64,000 nt of DNA from positions 170,242 through 234,241 of the forward strand of contig CAMUZN010000001.1 of assembly GCA_947165235.1 (NCBI GenBank), written 5' to 3'. The notes under the pieces are model-generated. The model did not search any database. It was not told the DNA's origin and saw only the letters and a list, made by a program, of their open reading frames with translations. Position numbers and translations under genes: made by a program. Origin of the DNA: an uncultured Mycoplasmataceae bacterium. Lineage in GTDB: Bacteria; Bacillota_I; Bacilli_A; Mycoplasmatales; Mycoplasmoidaceae. Each line of letters opens with the position of its first letter. Within the stretch, counting starts at the first letter, position 1. Positions 46,601 through 60,290 of this stretch are shown in pieces.

Positions 46601-48875
46601 ATGTATTGGCATTTAGTTGATTACTTTTATCATCATTGAAAAAAACATTATTTACTCCATCTGGGAAGACCATATACTTTTTGCTCAAATCACGAATATC
46701 TTCAACAATTTTTCTTTTTTGTTCATCGGAAACATGTGGCAGAAATTTGCAGACAACAAAATTTTCTATTGGAGCATTAACATGAGCAAGTTGTAATTGT
46801 TTAAAACCACCGTCATTTAGATACATTAGGCAATCTTTTCTTGGATTAGCAATTAATTTCGTTAGATCAATTGACGGGTAAATAAAATCAGGTGTGATAC
46901 CGCATCCAATAATGATAAAATCAAAATTCGAACAATTGCATAAGTACTTCTTATCTATTCCTTTTCAATTTTCATGCATAGTCTCATGATGTTGATTCTT
47001 GTTTTTTTCATCATTAGGTAATTTAAATTTTTGTGGTTGTTTACCGGTCAACCAGTATATATATTCATCGTATGTAATTCAATTTAATCAATCGATAATT
47101 ATGTTTTTATTAACGACAATATTTTCGCTTTTATATTTTTGTTTATATCATTCAACAAACGGTTTAAAATCGGTAAACATATTTTGGGCGATAACTTCTT
47201 TATTATTTTGTTTCATATATTCGGGATTCAAAATGGTAAATAAGTCGAATAGATTATGTATTTCACACGACAATATTTGTGTTTTCTTTCCATCAGCACC
47301 AACTTTATTAGCCATTCCACTAATAGTACCATCAGGTGCAAAAAATCATTGGATTGTTAAAAATATCGAATCTGAATTGATGAATTCATTTTGGTAAAAT
47401 TCATCGAAATACTTTTGGTAATCTTTTTTCAAATCACCATTAAATAATAAATCGCAATATTTTTTACTATCATTTTGTTCAGTTGTTCCCAATTTTAAAA
47501 TACAATTAACAATATCTTTACATTTTTCCATTTTTTCATTGTCGTTAGGATATAAATAATTGATTTTTCCATTGCACATTCACTTAAATCTTTTTTGCAA
47601 AATTTGAGCATATAAAAATTTTTCTTGTTCATCTTTAAGATCATCAAGTTTTAGTAGTTTAATATTGAACAATTCGTTAATATTTTTAGGAACAGTTAAG
47701 CGGTTAACTTTTTCACCAAGTTGATATTTATTTTCATCTAATTTTGAAAAAGTAAAATTACTACCATTTGGTGCATAATCATTGACATCAAATAGGTCAT
47801 AGCCCTTATTTCCTTTTTTGTCAGGAAACAAAACAATTTTATCAATTTGATCAGTTGGATTGGATTTAATTGCTTTTGTTGTTATACCATTTGAATCCAT
47901 GGTAAAAGAACAAAAATTTTTAAAGACTATTTTATCGTTATATTGTTTCAATTTAAATGATAAAGGGTTAAGCTCATCTAATATTACCTTCTTTTGCATT
48001 TGTAATTTTTTTGAAATTTCATCAATCAAAGGATAAAGTAATTTGCTAAATTTTTCACAATCTTCGTTATCATTGATGATATTTCCCCATTTAAGGTTTT
48101 GTTTATCATCAATTTTGGTAATTGCCTGATCTAGTTCATTAAAAATTTCAAAATGGTCGCTATTTTCGTCATTCGTCTCAACAATGATCCCAAAATTAGT
48201 CAAGTCCTTTATATTTTTTTTTGCGAAATCCTTAAATAAACCTATTGATTTTTCGGACAATTTGAAATTGTATTTTAAAGCAGCGATTTTACCATTTTTA
48301 ATCTGTATTTCTGGCAAGATATAAAATGGGAATTTAAGACTAGGTTTATCATTTTTATTAATACAGCAGAAACGGTACTTTTCTTTCTCAATTTTTCCAT
48401 CTTTTTCAATCTTTATTTTTTTATCGGTTTCATCATAAAATAATGGTAATTCCTCAATTGGTTCTCACGTTATTTTAGTTTCAATATTATCATTAGTAAC
48501 ATAAACATATTTAGCAATTTGTTTTTTAGAAATAGTTTCATAGTAATCTGGATCATCACCAATTGATGCCAACACTACTGGTACATAGTCTCACCATGAT
48601 TGCGGCGAATCTTTAATTTCGATATCATTTAAAAAAAGTCATTCGGAATTTGTTATTTCATAACTTGGTTCACCAATATCATATAGTTCAGAAACAACAA
48701 GATCATGTAATTTACCATCATTAACAATAGTTTCATATTGTGTCGAAATATTTGAAAAAGTATTTGACATCGTACAAAAAATACTTAAACATAAAAAAAT
48801 AAGAAAAACTAAAGAAACAATACTTAGTTTATTTTTAGGGAAAGAGCGTAAAGTATTTTTAAAAAGATTTTTCAT
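43611..48875 (-). CDS. Giant ABC transporter permease (FtsX/MacB-like, Mycoplasma MG468-type), 1754 aa
   Basis: Eight track fragments (43611.., 44796.., 45417.., 46059.., 46308.., 47346.., 47580.., 48639..48875) are all in the same phase. Every fragment boundary I checked is TGA, and the 44538..44798 gap reads through cleanly. TM clusters lie at the N-terminus, the middle (46.06-46.6 kb) and the C-terminus. Confidence 0.75.
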
Positions 48876-48888
48876 TTACAATGATTTC

Positions 48889-50613
48889 TTATTTAATTTT
48901 AACAAATAAGTCGTTGAGATCCTTGGGGTCAACTTGACTTGGCGAATTTAACATTAAATCCATTCCATGACTATTTTTAGGGAAAGCGATAATTTCTTTA
49001 ATTGACTTACTTTTAGTTAAAAGCATTATTAATCGATCCAAACCTAAAGCAATTCCACCATGGGGTGGTACACCATACTTAAAGGCCTCTAAAAGATAAC
49101 CAAATTTCGTTTGAATTTCTTTTTGTGTAAGATTAATTGCTTCAAACATTTTTTGTTGGATGTTAGGGTCAGTAATTCGTATTGAACCTCCTCCAATTTC
49201 ATATCCATTAAGAACAAGATCATATGCTCGTGCTTTGGCATTAATTTTATCGGTAGTAAAAGTTGATAAACTTTCTCTTGTTGGACTAGTAAAAGGATGG
49301 TGAGCTGCAACAAATATTTTTTCTTGTTTATTGTATTCAAACAATGGTCAATCAATAATTCAAACAAAGCATAGATTATTATCATCACCAATTTTATATA
49401 AATCATTTGTTTTTATACGGCATGCTCCTAATGTTTCATTTACTTCTTTTGTTGGGCCACAACTAATAATTAATGATCCATTTTTGAAGTCAAATTTTTG
49501 ACAAATGTTTTCAAGAATCTCTCGCTCTAAATTTTTATTTAAAGAATTAAATAGACATTTTTTATCTTTAAAAGTGAAATAAAAACTTGTCAAACCCTTA
49601 TCTATTCCATATTTTTTAATTTGGATAAAATCTTTATTTGTGATTACAATATTTTTGATAAAAAAACCTTTAATTACTTGTTTTTTTGCAAGAATTTTTT
49701 TAAAAATATCCGCTTTTGTTTTTTGAAAAAAACTTGATAAATCGATTAGTTGTAAATCATAACGCAAGTCGGGCTTATCACTACCATAACAATTCATTGC
49801 TTGTTCATATTTCATTCGTGCAAAAGGTGTTTTAAGAGTCATTCCCATTGTTTTTTTTATTGCTGTTTTTAATAAGTCCTCAATTATTGACATAATTTTG
49901 TTTTCATCAATAAAACTCATTTCTATATCTAATTGTGTGAATTCAGGTTGGCGATCAGCGCGCAAGTCTTCATCGCGAAAGCATTTAGCAATTTGAAAAT
50001 ATTTTAAAAATCCTGCAACCATTAACAATTGCTTAAAAATTTGTGGTGATTGTGGTAAAGCATAAAACATATTTCTTCCGTTACGGGTTGGGATTAAATA
50101 ATCACGAGCTCCTTCTGGTGTCGGTTTAGCTAAAATTGGTGTTTCAATATGTACAAAATCTTTTTCAATTAAGTAATTATTAAGAGCATGGATAAAATTA
50201 CTACGAAAAATTATTTTCTTTTGGACTGTGTAGCGGCGCAAATCAAGATAACGGTGTTTTAAAAGAACATCTTCAAATGCAACAAAATCATCCTCAATAA
50301 CAAACGGTGTTGCTTGTGCTTTGGATAATAATGAAATATCTGTAGCGATAATTTCAATTTTTCCTGTAGGTAAATTTTTGTTTGGATTTTTTCGTAAAAC
50401 AACTTTACCTTTGATATTTACAACGGATTCTCGTGTTAAATCAAAAGAGCAATCTTTTTTTAAAATAACTTGAACAATCCCGTATCGATCAGCAATATCA
50501 AGAAAAGTTATTCCTCCCATTTTTCTAATTTTTCTTATTCAACCATTGATTTCAACTGATTGATTTAAGAATTTTTCGTTAACACAACCACAATAAATAA
50601 TTTTACTCAACAT
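48889..50613 (-). CDS. aspS: Aspartate--tRNA ligase
   Basis: Fragments 48889..49344 and 49360..50520 are in frame with the ATG at 50613 (574 aa). Motif 2 FRDEDLRADRQPEFTQLD and motif 3 GGIALGLDR are present. Confidence 0.95.
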
Positions 50614-51907
50614 TATTTTTTCATCCTAATTCTTTGTGTAGATAAGGGATAAGTTTTTTTAATTCTATTTCTTCCTGTTGCCTTGTTTTTTGGTTTTTAA
50701 CTAAAACAACATTTTTCTTAATTTCTTTTTCCCCAAAAATGATGACAAATTTTGCTTTTTGCTTTTGGGCATACTTAAAATGCTTTTCAAGTTTATTTGC
50801 GCCAAATTTTGTTAATGAAGAAATAGCATTTTGCTTAAGACAGTTGCTAATTGATAATGCATATAAATCAAATTTACTTTCTAGTGGTGCAATAACAACA
50901 TCGACATTTAAATATTTCTCCTTTTGTTTATTAAAAATCTCATTATTTGTCAAAGCAATAATTAAACGATCCAATCCAATCGCCAATCCGATACAATTTG
51001 TTTCATTTGCACCTAATTCTTTAAATAATGAATTGTATTGTCCCCCACCCACTAAAGTTGGTTGTCCTTTTAATAATTCAGAAGTAGATTCTATTTCAAA
51101 AATAAAGTTACAATAATAATCTAAACCGCGAACAAGTGTATCATCAACCACATATTTTATTTTTTGTTGATCAAAAACATTAGTTATTTTTTTAAAATAA
51201 TCTATTTCATTTTTAGTCGCGAAATCAATAATTTTAGGGGCTTTTTTAACAAAATCTTTTTTACCATCAATTTTGTCATCTAATATTCGCAACGGATTTT
51301 TGTTTAATCTTTTTTGACTTTCATCGGATAGTTGCGATTTATATTTTGAAAAATATTTTTTTAAGGCAATAATTCATTTTTTTCGTGTTTCGAAACCACA
51401 AATATTGTTAATTTTTAAAATATATTCATTGTAGTGGAAAATTTGTAAGAATGACAAAGCAAAATTTACAATTTCCACAACATCAAGATAACTATTACTA
51501 CCAATACATTCGATCCCGAATTGATAAAATTGACGCGAACGTCCACTTTGTGGTCGTTCATAGCGAAACATTGGACCGATATAAAATACCTTAATTGGTA
51601 TAGCCATTTTCATAAGTAAGTTATTTTCAACAATACAACGACAAACGGAAGCGGTCATTTCTGGACGTAAAGCTAATGAACGATTATTTTTATCAAGAAA
51701 TTCATACATTTCTTTTTCAACAATGTCGGAAGTACCACCAACAGAACGGACAAATAATTCTTTATGTTCAAAAATAGGAGTAACAATCTCATAGTATCCA
51801 TTTAAATGAGACAAATTTTTTGCAAAATTAATTAAAATGTCAAGACTTGGATCAAGTTGATAGAAATAATCGTTTGTTCCACGTGGTTTAGCAATTGGTG
51901 TTAACAT
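50603..51907 (-). CDS. hisS: Histidine--tRNA ligase
   Basis: Fragments 50621..51292 and 51374..51907 are in frame. Contains LRPEMTA and MFRYERPQSGRSRQFYQFG. The track stop at 50621 is TGA; the real TAA is at 50603. Confidence 0.92.
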
Positions 51908-51970
51908 ACTATATCTTCTTATATTTTATATAATTAAAGAAGCAATTACTCATTTAATTTTTCGTTAAAA

Positions 51971-54895
51971 ATGGTAAATGAAAAACAAAAAAAAGAACGG
52001 AAAATAACAAAATTTTCACTTCTATCTATTTTTTTTGCTCTTATATTATTAATTGGTGCAATTTTTGGGATTGGTTTGAGCATAAAAAAAATAGGTAAAA
52101 ATACTCATGAAAGTAGTGAATTTACTGATTCAATTAATTACCGAATGCGGGTGGCATTAACTAAAAATGAAAACGATAAAATTGATGATTTTGAGGATGC
52201 TAAATTAGCAATTAATAATGCAGCATCATCATTATCGTTATTCTTAAAAGACACAGGACAAAGCAATTATGATGTCCAATACGAATTGTATAAGGATAGT
52301 CAAGATGAATATTATGGTTATCTAAATGCCAATTTAAATATTAAAAAAGTTAAAAATCATTTGAAATATGAGGAAGAAAAATTTATTGATGATGATCCAT
52401 ATTTAACGTTTTTTAATCTAATTCATAATGCTGATAAAACTCTTATTTATAAATGATATACAAAGGAAAACGGTTCATCTTATTCAGTCATACCTTTGCA
52501 AGATATTGTTGATTTAAATTCACCATTAACAAAAACTTTAAATGATTTAAGTGGTTCACCAGGTTTAATGCTTAAAGTTAAAAAATCTGATGAAATAAAT
52601 GAAATTTGTAAAAATTATTATGAAGCCGCGAAAGAAAAAAATCTTGATCAAAAAAAGCAACCAAAAATGTACATTATTAGTAACATTGAAGGTTTATTTG
52701 CTGAAGTCAATTATCATTTACAAATGTTTGATAAATCCATAAAAACTCCAAATTATGAATATAAACGTCATTTAGAACCACAATATGATTTTTTTGTTCA
52801 TGCCTGGAAAGAATACGTTGAAAAAAATAATAAAGGAAATACTAGTTTTTTATTTAATGCCGAAAAAAATAATAGCGAAACATTTATTAATGGTGGTTTT
52901 TTCGATTTTTTATCTAGTTTAGATTATCAACAATATATTCAACAGTATCCATGATTAAACAAATATATAATTCGTGATATCAATAGTGAAAATATTCGTG
53001 ATTTATTTCCAATAATGATAACTGACATTTATCATAATGAAATAAATACTAGCAATGGTCAAGCGGAAATTTCATATTTATGACTATCATTCCCTCATGA
53101 AATTATTGCAAACAGATTTTTAAATTGAACAAAAAATTACATGTGAAGTTTGTGTGATAATTTAAATTGTACACTTGAAAATCCGTTGTTTGAAAGCTGA
53201 TCAAATTATCATTACAATGGAATTACATATAAGAGAAGACAACCTTTATTTAATGAAAACATTTTCAAACAAAAATATAAAACTAATTCTTTAATTATTA
53301 CTTCAATTTGCCTGGCAATTGCGATTTTTTGTTTATTAGTCGCTTTATTCCGATTAATCGGTTTAATTACATGACTTTGTCTTTTTACCGGTATCTCATT
53401 AACACTATCTATTCTTTGTGCAACGATAACATTTGTTTCAATAAATATTATTATTGGTTTATTAATTTTAGCACTATCAGGTCTAATAATTGCTATTGAA
53501 ATTGGTGGCAAATTTACGAAATATCGTAATAGTAATTTTGACACAAATTCAATTATTAAAAAATCTTTTTCAAATAGTCTAAATTTTACAATTGATGTTT
53601 CATTTATTACTTTTATTTTTGGGGTTTGCTTTCTTTACCTTTCCCAAAAAATATTATTTAATATTGGTTTAGTATTGGTTATCGGTTCATTATTACTTTT
53701 TATTTTTGAATATTTAGCAAATATGTTGATTTGTTTTTTTGCCTTTAAGAATAAAATTATGGTTAATCAATGAAAATTATTTGGAACAAAACCAACAATA
53801 AATGCCATTACTTCTTTTAAAAATCATTTTCAGCAAAATCAAAATTTTTCTTTTAATAATTTTGCAAAATATACAAATTTTGCTAATAAATTTAAATGCC
53901 AACTTTATACGAGAAAAAAATTAATTTTATATCTCATTTTTAGTGCAATTTTTATCGGATTTTTAATTTTTAATCTTTGCATCTTAACTTTAAAGTCAAA
54001 AATGTTTTTTACAAATTATTATGAACTAGGAATCATTAGTAGTGATGTTAGTCAACAAAACGATATTTTAAAATGGTTAAAAAATATAAATTTTGACTAT
54101 GAAAAAATGAAGATTGTTGATAAAACTTTTTCGTTTTATACCACAAAAGAAATTACTCCTATTATGCTTGATAAATTAATTAAGGTATCAAACAACATAT
54201 TGGACTTAAAAACTAACTTATTTGTCAAAGTGCTTATTAATCAAGGTGGTTATCAAAAATTTAATGTTGGTATTTTTGTTATTCTTATTAATTCTTTAAT
54301 CGTTGCTTTTTATCTTGGTATCCGATACAATTGAACTTCATTTATTACTATGATTTATAGTGGTTGCTTAATAATTACGATTTTTATTTTTGCCCTTTTA
54401 ATCAACTATTATTGCCTTGCATTAAACAGCAATTTATCTAATTTTTATAACAGTTTGGTCTTAAGTTTAATCTTTAACACATATTGTAGTAATCTTGTTT
54501 GTTGTAATTATTTATCAACAATGAAATTACCATGACATCATAACATGAAATACAATAATTCCGATTGAAAATTATTAATTAATTATGTCTATAAAAATAG
54601 TTTTTTTTATGATTTGCTTGCTTTCATTTTTTTAAGTATTATGATATTTTCATTAGGTTTATCTCTACCCAAAGGTCTTGAAATATTAACGGTAAATATA
54701 TTTTTTGGTAGCTTATTAAATTTCTTTCTTTTGCCATTTATTCTTTGTTTTTCACAATATTATTTGCTAGTTTTTCGCAACATGATAATTGGACTAGGTA
54801 AAAACGAAATGGCAAAGTTACCAATAAATTACGATAAAATTGATGAGCAATTAATCGATAATATTAATCAATTTACAGTAAAAATTAATAATTAA
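51971..54895 (+). CDS. secDF: Large polytopic membrane protein, SecD/SecF-like (protein-export membrane protein)
   Basis: Fragments 51971.., 52496.., 54002.., 54350.. and 54614..54895 share one frame (974 aa in code 4). It has an N-terminal TM, a large extracytoplasmic domain, and two blocks of about 6 TM helices. The family call rests on architecture, not on a verified motif. Confidence 0.5.
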
Positions 54896-55601
54896 TTTTA
54901 TGTTGGGCAAAAATTTTTTTTATTTCCTTAATTTTTTCGTTAAGACTTTTTTTAGCATCAATAATAACATAAGGAATAGCATATGTTTGACAAATTTGTA
55001 CAAGATATTTTTCATAAATTAAAACTAGGAAATAAAAATAATCTTTATTTTTTGCGAAATTTTCTATTTCCATTTTTCGATTCCTTTTAAAAATTCTTTT
55101 TTTAAAAGTTGATCAATCCACTCGCAAAATAATATATAGTTTTGGTAAACCAACCGAATAAATTAATTCATGAATTTTATCTAGTCATAATTTTTCATAA
55201 TATCGAAATACACTTGGTTGCGCGATAAGATTGACATAAGCAAATAAACGATCAGCAAAAATTGAGCGATCAAAAACTTTAATTTTATTAGGTAATATCT
55301 CATTATTTTTTTTATATTTATTAAAACGATTTAATAGAAAGTGCAGTTGACAAACCCCTTCTGCTACCTCATTACGACGATACATTTTTTCCAATAAAAT
55401 ATTGGTTAAATCATCTTTATTATTCGTTAATTCATAAATAGGGTGAAATTTAAACACTTTTGCAATTTCAGTGACAAGTGTAGTTTTTCCAGAAGCTGAC
55501 ATACCATCAATAACAATACAATTACTCTCTTTTGGTTTTTTATTTACATGGTTTAAAAAAGTTGAGTTTAAATTTTTTAGATGAGTTTTTGTTTTTTGCA
55601 T
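54885..55601 (-). CDS. Deoxynucleoside kinase family protein
   Basis: Fragments 54885..55073 and 55185..55601 are in frame (238 aa). P-loop DGMSASGKTT and DRSIFAD (DRS motif) are present. Confidence 0.65.
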
Positions 55602-55827
55602 ATTTTTAATAGCAAAGTGGACACAAATATTATATTTTTATTTTTTAATAACATCATTTGCAATTGTCTAACAAAAATATTTATCTGTACGATAAAATTT
55701 TTTGTGATGGTAGTTCATATTATTAATAAAGTTTTTATTAAACTGTTATACGAATAATCGTATTTATTAATTAAAAAGATCAATAGAGTTAATGAATTGA
55801 GTAAACAAATCTAGGATTTATTTTTAT

Positions 55828-56865
55828 TTATTGTCCATGCAATATTCGTAATTGACCACAGGCAGCTTCAATTGCATTGCCTCGCTCTTGACGAATTTTT
55901 ACTAAAATCTGATTTCGTTTTAGGATGTCAAAGAATTTTTCTATTTTTGCACTTCTTATAAAATTTGATTTTTGGATTTGGTTATATGGGATTAAATTAA
56001 CATAACAATTTAAACCTTTTATTCTTTTGATTAATTCTAGAGCATGTTTTTCGTGATCATTAACATTATCAAGAAGCAAGTATTCAAGAGTAATCCGGTT
56101 TTTTGTTAAAGAACAGTATTTTTTACAGGTTTTGATTAATAAATCACAATTGTAAACATTATTAATAGGCATTAATTCACTTCGGATTTTATCATTTGGA
56201 CCATGGAAAGAAACAGCCAAATTAATCTTTGGCATTAATTTTGCTAATTCTAAAATTTTAGGACAAATACCACAAGTGGAAATTGTTATATGTTTTGGTC
56301 CAATTGCTAATCCAAAAGGATTAGTAAAAATTTTTAGGGTAGTGATTAAATTATCAAAATTATCAAATGGTTCTCCAATCCCCATAATAACGATGTTTGT
56401 TATATTTTTGTGAAATAAATTAGATATATATTTTTTTGCCAATATATATTGGAGAATGAATTCACTTGGTTTAAGGTTTCGTACTTTTGTTTTATTTCCA
56501 CTAGCACAAAATTTACATTTCATGTTGCAACCAACTTGTGATGAGAGGCAAATTGATCATCCGTATTTAAAGTGCATGGCAACCATCTCAATCGAATTTT
56601 TATCAGGGAATTGTAAAAGAAATTTAAATGTTTCTTTTTTTTCATCGCTACTGATTTTAATTATTTTTGCATCACTAATCATGAAATTTTGTTTAATGAT
56701 TTTTCGTGAGTTGAGCGAGATATTTGACATTTTATCAAAATCATAGATATTCTTTTGGTAGATTCAATGAAAAATTTGTTTTGCGACAAACTTTTTTAAT
56801 TGTAGTTGTTCGAAAATTTTTTTACATTCACTAAATGGTAAATCTAGAAGCGAATATTTTTTCAT
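55828..56865 (-). CDS. rlmN: 23S rRNA/tRNA (adenine-C2)-methyltransferase RlmN
   Basis: Track ORF 55828..56523, extended across TGAs to the ATG at 56865 (345 aa). Radical-SAM motif CNMKCKFCASG, the IVIMGIGEP motif and C-terminal ACGQL are present. Confidence 0.9.
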
Positions 56866-57440
56866 TATTTTTTCAGTAATTCTTTATCAAAAATATCAAT
56901 TAATTTTTTTTGCGCTTTTTCAATCTCTTTATTTGTAATCACATATTTAAAAAGTTTTTTCGCCTTTACCTCTCATTTCGCTTGTTCAATTCTTTTTTTA
57001 ATAATTGATAATTTTTCGGTATGACGATGCATTAATCTTTTTTTTAGATCAGCAAAAGAAGCAGGTTGAATAAAAATAGTTAGTGGATTAGTTTTTTGTA
57101 AAAATTTATTCGCTAGAATTTGTTTTAAACCATTAATTTCTATCTCTAAAACTACATTAATTCCTTTTTTTATTTCCGTATCAATAAATTTTTTTGGTGT
57201 ACCATAAAAGTTATCAATATATGTTGCATATTCAAGCATCAAACCATGATTAATTGCATACATAAATTGCTTCTTAGTGACAAAAAAATAATCCTTTCCT
57301 TCTTTTTCATCTTTACGCTTTTTGCGTGTTGTCATTGAAACACTATAGACACAATTGTACTTCGGTTGTTTGATGATATTGTGGTAAATCGTTTTTTTTC
57401 CGACACCACTTGGGCCACAAATAATAACTAATCTTGCCAT
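56865..57440 (-). CDS. gmk: Guanylate kinase
   Basis: P-loop GPSGVGKKT. Contains SVSMTTRKKRKDEKEGKDYFFV and YGT. The track stop at 56973 is TGA; the TAA at 56865 overlaps the rlmN ATG. Confidence 0.9.
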
Positions 57441-57465
57441 ATTTAATTATATTTTTCTCAATATA

Positions 57466-58332
57466 ATGAAAGCAATGAATGGACAATGTCTTGGTTTATC
57501 ATCAATTGTTTTATTAATTACAATTGTGATGATTTTTACAAATAAATTTATAAAAAAATGATTGAATTTTTATTTTTTTTGATTAAGTCTTAGTCTTTTA
57601 ATTATTGGTTGGTTTATTGGTTTTCGTTTCTATCATAGTTGGCAAAGATATTACCATTATTTGCATGATGATACAATAACAAAAGAACCAATTAATAATT
57701 ATGAGCAAAGCCTTATTATTTCAAAAGCTCTATTGCTAGATATTTCTCCAGCTGTCGGTTTATTATTACCATTATCATTAGTTTTTGATCCGAGTCGGAC
57801 TTTTGCTCGTTTTATTTGTCCATTAGCTTTGATTAGCGGTACGACAACAATTTTTATTCAAATGCCTTTTGACACTAATTTTATTAATGAACTTGATTTT
57901 CAATTGTCGGCAAAATGAATATTTATTGGGGGGGAAGGAAACGAAATTTATTTTCTCATGCATGTTACTAATTTCCTTTTACCAATTGGTATTTATTTAA
58001 ACACTCCTAGAGGGAAGATATCTTTTTTTACACTAGGAGCAGTTACTTTTACACTTTTATTTTATTTTTATGTTTTGATTTGTATAAAAATTACAGGTTG
58101 TCGTTGAAATGTGAGTGGATTAAGTAAAAACGATTGGTGTGATGCAAGAGGTGAATATTATGCTGTTATTTCAATAACAAAATTACCAATAATAGTTTGT
58201 GTTCCAGTTGTTTATATTTTACTATTTCTTTTTATTTTTTTGTTTTGCTATATCAAATATTTCTTAACCGATAAATTTTGTTGAAAATATTGTGGAAAAT
58301 TCAATAAATGGTATGCTTGGTATAAAGTATAA
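57466..58332 (+). CDS. Hypothetical polytopic membrane protein
   Basis: 288 aa in code 4, in frame with track ORF 57661..57918. There are several hydrophobic helices and I recognised no family. Confidence 0.5.
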
Positions 58333-58346
58333 TACCATCAATATTT

Positions 58347-59156
58347 ATGAGTTTTTCTTGATTCCCAGGGCATATGAAAAAAACAATTGAACAATTATCA
58401 ATTGCGATGAAAAAAATCGATTTAATTCTTCATGTTGTCGATGCAAGAAGCATTAATTTATGTAGTGATAATTGGATTTTAAAATTTAACAAACCTATTT
58501 TAAAAATTTGCAATAAAGCTGACCTATGTGATCAAAAAACAATTAAATTAAAAGAAAATGAAGTTTTTTTTAATTGTAAGAATCATAACGGAAGGAAGAA
58601 ATTAATTGATACAATTAATAAATTTTTGAATAAAAAAAGAAATTTATTAATTAAACAAGGATTGAAAAATCCTTTTTTTTATTTAGTTGTTGTAGGGTTG
58701 CCCAATGTTGGTAAAAGTTCACTCATTAATTTATTAAAAGGAACAAAATCAATAATTACAAAAGATCAACCTGCAACAACATTAAAAACAAATATTGTAA
58801 AAATTAATAACTACCTTTTTTTACTCGATACACCAGGTGTTTTATTTAGTAAGATAAATGATTGTCAAACACTATATAAATTGGCTTTAATCAATGTTAT
58901 TAAGCATGAACTTTTACCGCTTAATGAAGTGACTGAATTTGCTTATAATTTCTATTTAAAAAATTATTATCAACAATTAAAAAAATTTTATTGTTTTAAT
59001 AAAACTTTATCTTTTGCTAGTTTCATTACTTTTCTCGCTAAGAAAAGAAAATACTTTTTGGTGAATAATAAAATTGATCATAATCGAACAATAAAAGCTT
59101 TTTATGGTGATTTAATTAATGGTAAAATTTGTTTAGTTAATTATGAAAAAAAATAA
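58347..59156 (+). CDS. rbgA: Ribosome biogenesis GTPase A (YlqF/RbgA)
   Basis: The N-terminus MSFSWFPGHMKK carries the hallmark WFPGHM, reached by reading TGA as Trp. Circularly permuted G motifs (NKADL ... GLPNVGKSSLIN ... DTPG) are present. Confidence 0.9.
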
Positions 59157-59766
59157 ATCAATGCTATTTTACGAAAATAAATATTATCAAAAAGGTTTCA
59201 AAGTTATTGCTGGGGTTGATGAGGTTGGTCGTGGTTGTTGAGCTGGACCAGTTGTTGCGGCATGTGTAATTTTTCCACGACATTATGAAAATTCAGCAAT
59301 CAAAGATTCAAAAGTTTTGTCACAAAAAAAAAGACAACAATTGTATTTTGAAATAAAAAAAAATGCTCTAGCTTATGGTATTGGTTATTGCAGTGCAAAA
59401 AAAATTGATGAAATTAATATCAAAAAAGCAACAATATTAGCAATGCAAAAAGCGGTAAAACAATTAAAAATAAAACCTGATTGTATTTTAATTGATGCTG
59501 AAGAAATTACTGATAATTCTGCGACGATTGTACCAATTATCAAAGGTGATACTAAAAGTATTAGTATTGCTGCCGCAAGCATTATTGCAAAAGTAACACG
59601 CGATAATTTTTTAAACATCGTTGATGAAATTTTTCCCTTATATGGTTTTAAACAACACAAAGGTTATGGAACATTGTTACATTTAAAAGCCTTAAAAAAA
59701 TATGGTCCAATAAACAATTTTCATCGAATGAGTTTTGCTCCAATTTCAAAAAATTTTAAAAATTAG
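59143..59766 (+). CDS. rnhB: Ribonuclease HII
   Basis: AGVDEVGRGCWAGPVVAA (catalytic DE) appears after reading TGA as Trp. DSK and the C-terminal KGYG are present. Length is 207 aa. Confidence 0.9.
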
Positions 59767-59783
59767 TTACTTAATGGTGTTTT

Positions 59784-60290
59784 ATGGATTTTGCTATTAA
59801 ATTCTCAATTATTTTCATTACTATTTCCTATTTTTTTATTTTCTTTTTTCGTATTTGTCTTGTTTTAATTAGAAAGAAGCGAATTCTACAGTTAGTTGCA
59901 AACGAAAAAGAGGTTTCACCAAATGTTTTCTTTGCGATTAACAATGTTTTAAACCAGAAACAAAGAAGAAATAATTTTTTTCATTTTAATTATTCATATT
60001 GAAATGAACGGAATTCATGTGGTGTTTATATTCTTTTTAATAAAACGAAAAATAAATGTTATGTTGGGCAATCTAAAAAAATTTTTTACCGAATAATTAA
60101 TCATTTTTCTGGTCGAGGTAACCATGATGTTTATTATGATTATCATCATGGAGATACGTTTACAATTAAAATAATTCCTTTAATAAAAAGTAATTACACC
60201 TCATTAAATAAATTAGAGCGACATACCATTATGACTTTTAAATCGTATCGAAATGGATATAACAAAACACGTGGGAATAGAGGTAATTAA
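59784..60290 (+). CDS. GIY-YIG nuclease-domain protein with N-terminal transmembrane helix
   Basis: 168 aa in code 4. The N-terminal segment FSIIFITISYFFIFFFRICLVLI is followed by GVYILFN...CYVGQS...R...ERHTI...YNKTRGN (the GIY, YIG, R, E and N positions). Confidence 0.65.

Noticed and set aside
49089-49406. A 105-aa minus-strand ORF overlapping aspS.
   Set aside because: It is out of frame with the aspS motif-bearing frame, so it is a shadow ORF.
55605-55827. Hairpin ATACGA-ATAA-TCGTAT, considered as a terminator or regulatory element between the deoxynucleoside kinase gene and rlmN.
   Set aside because: The stem is short (6 bp), AT-rich and has no adjacent U-tract on either strand. It is not distinguishable from background.
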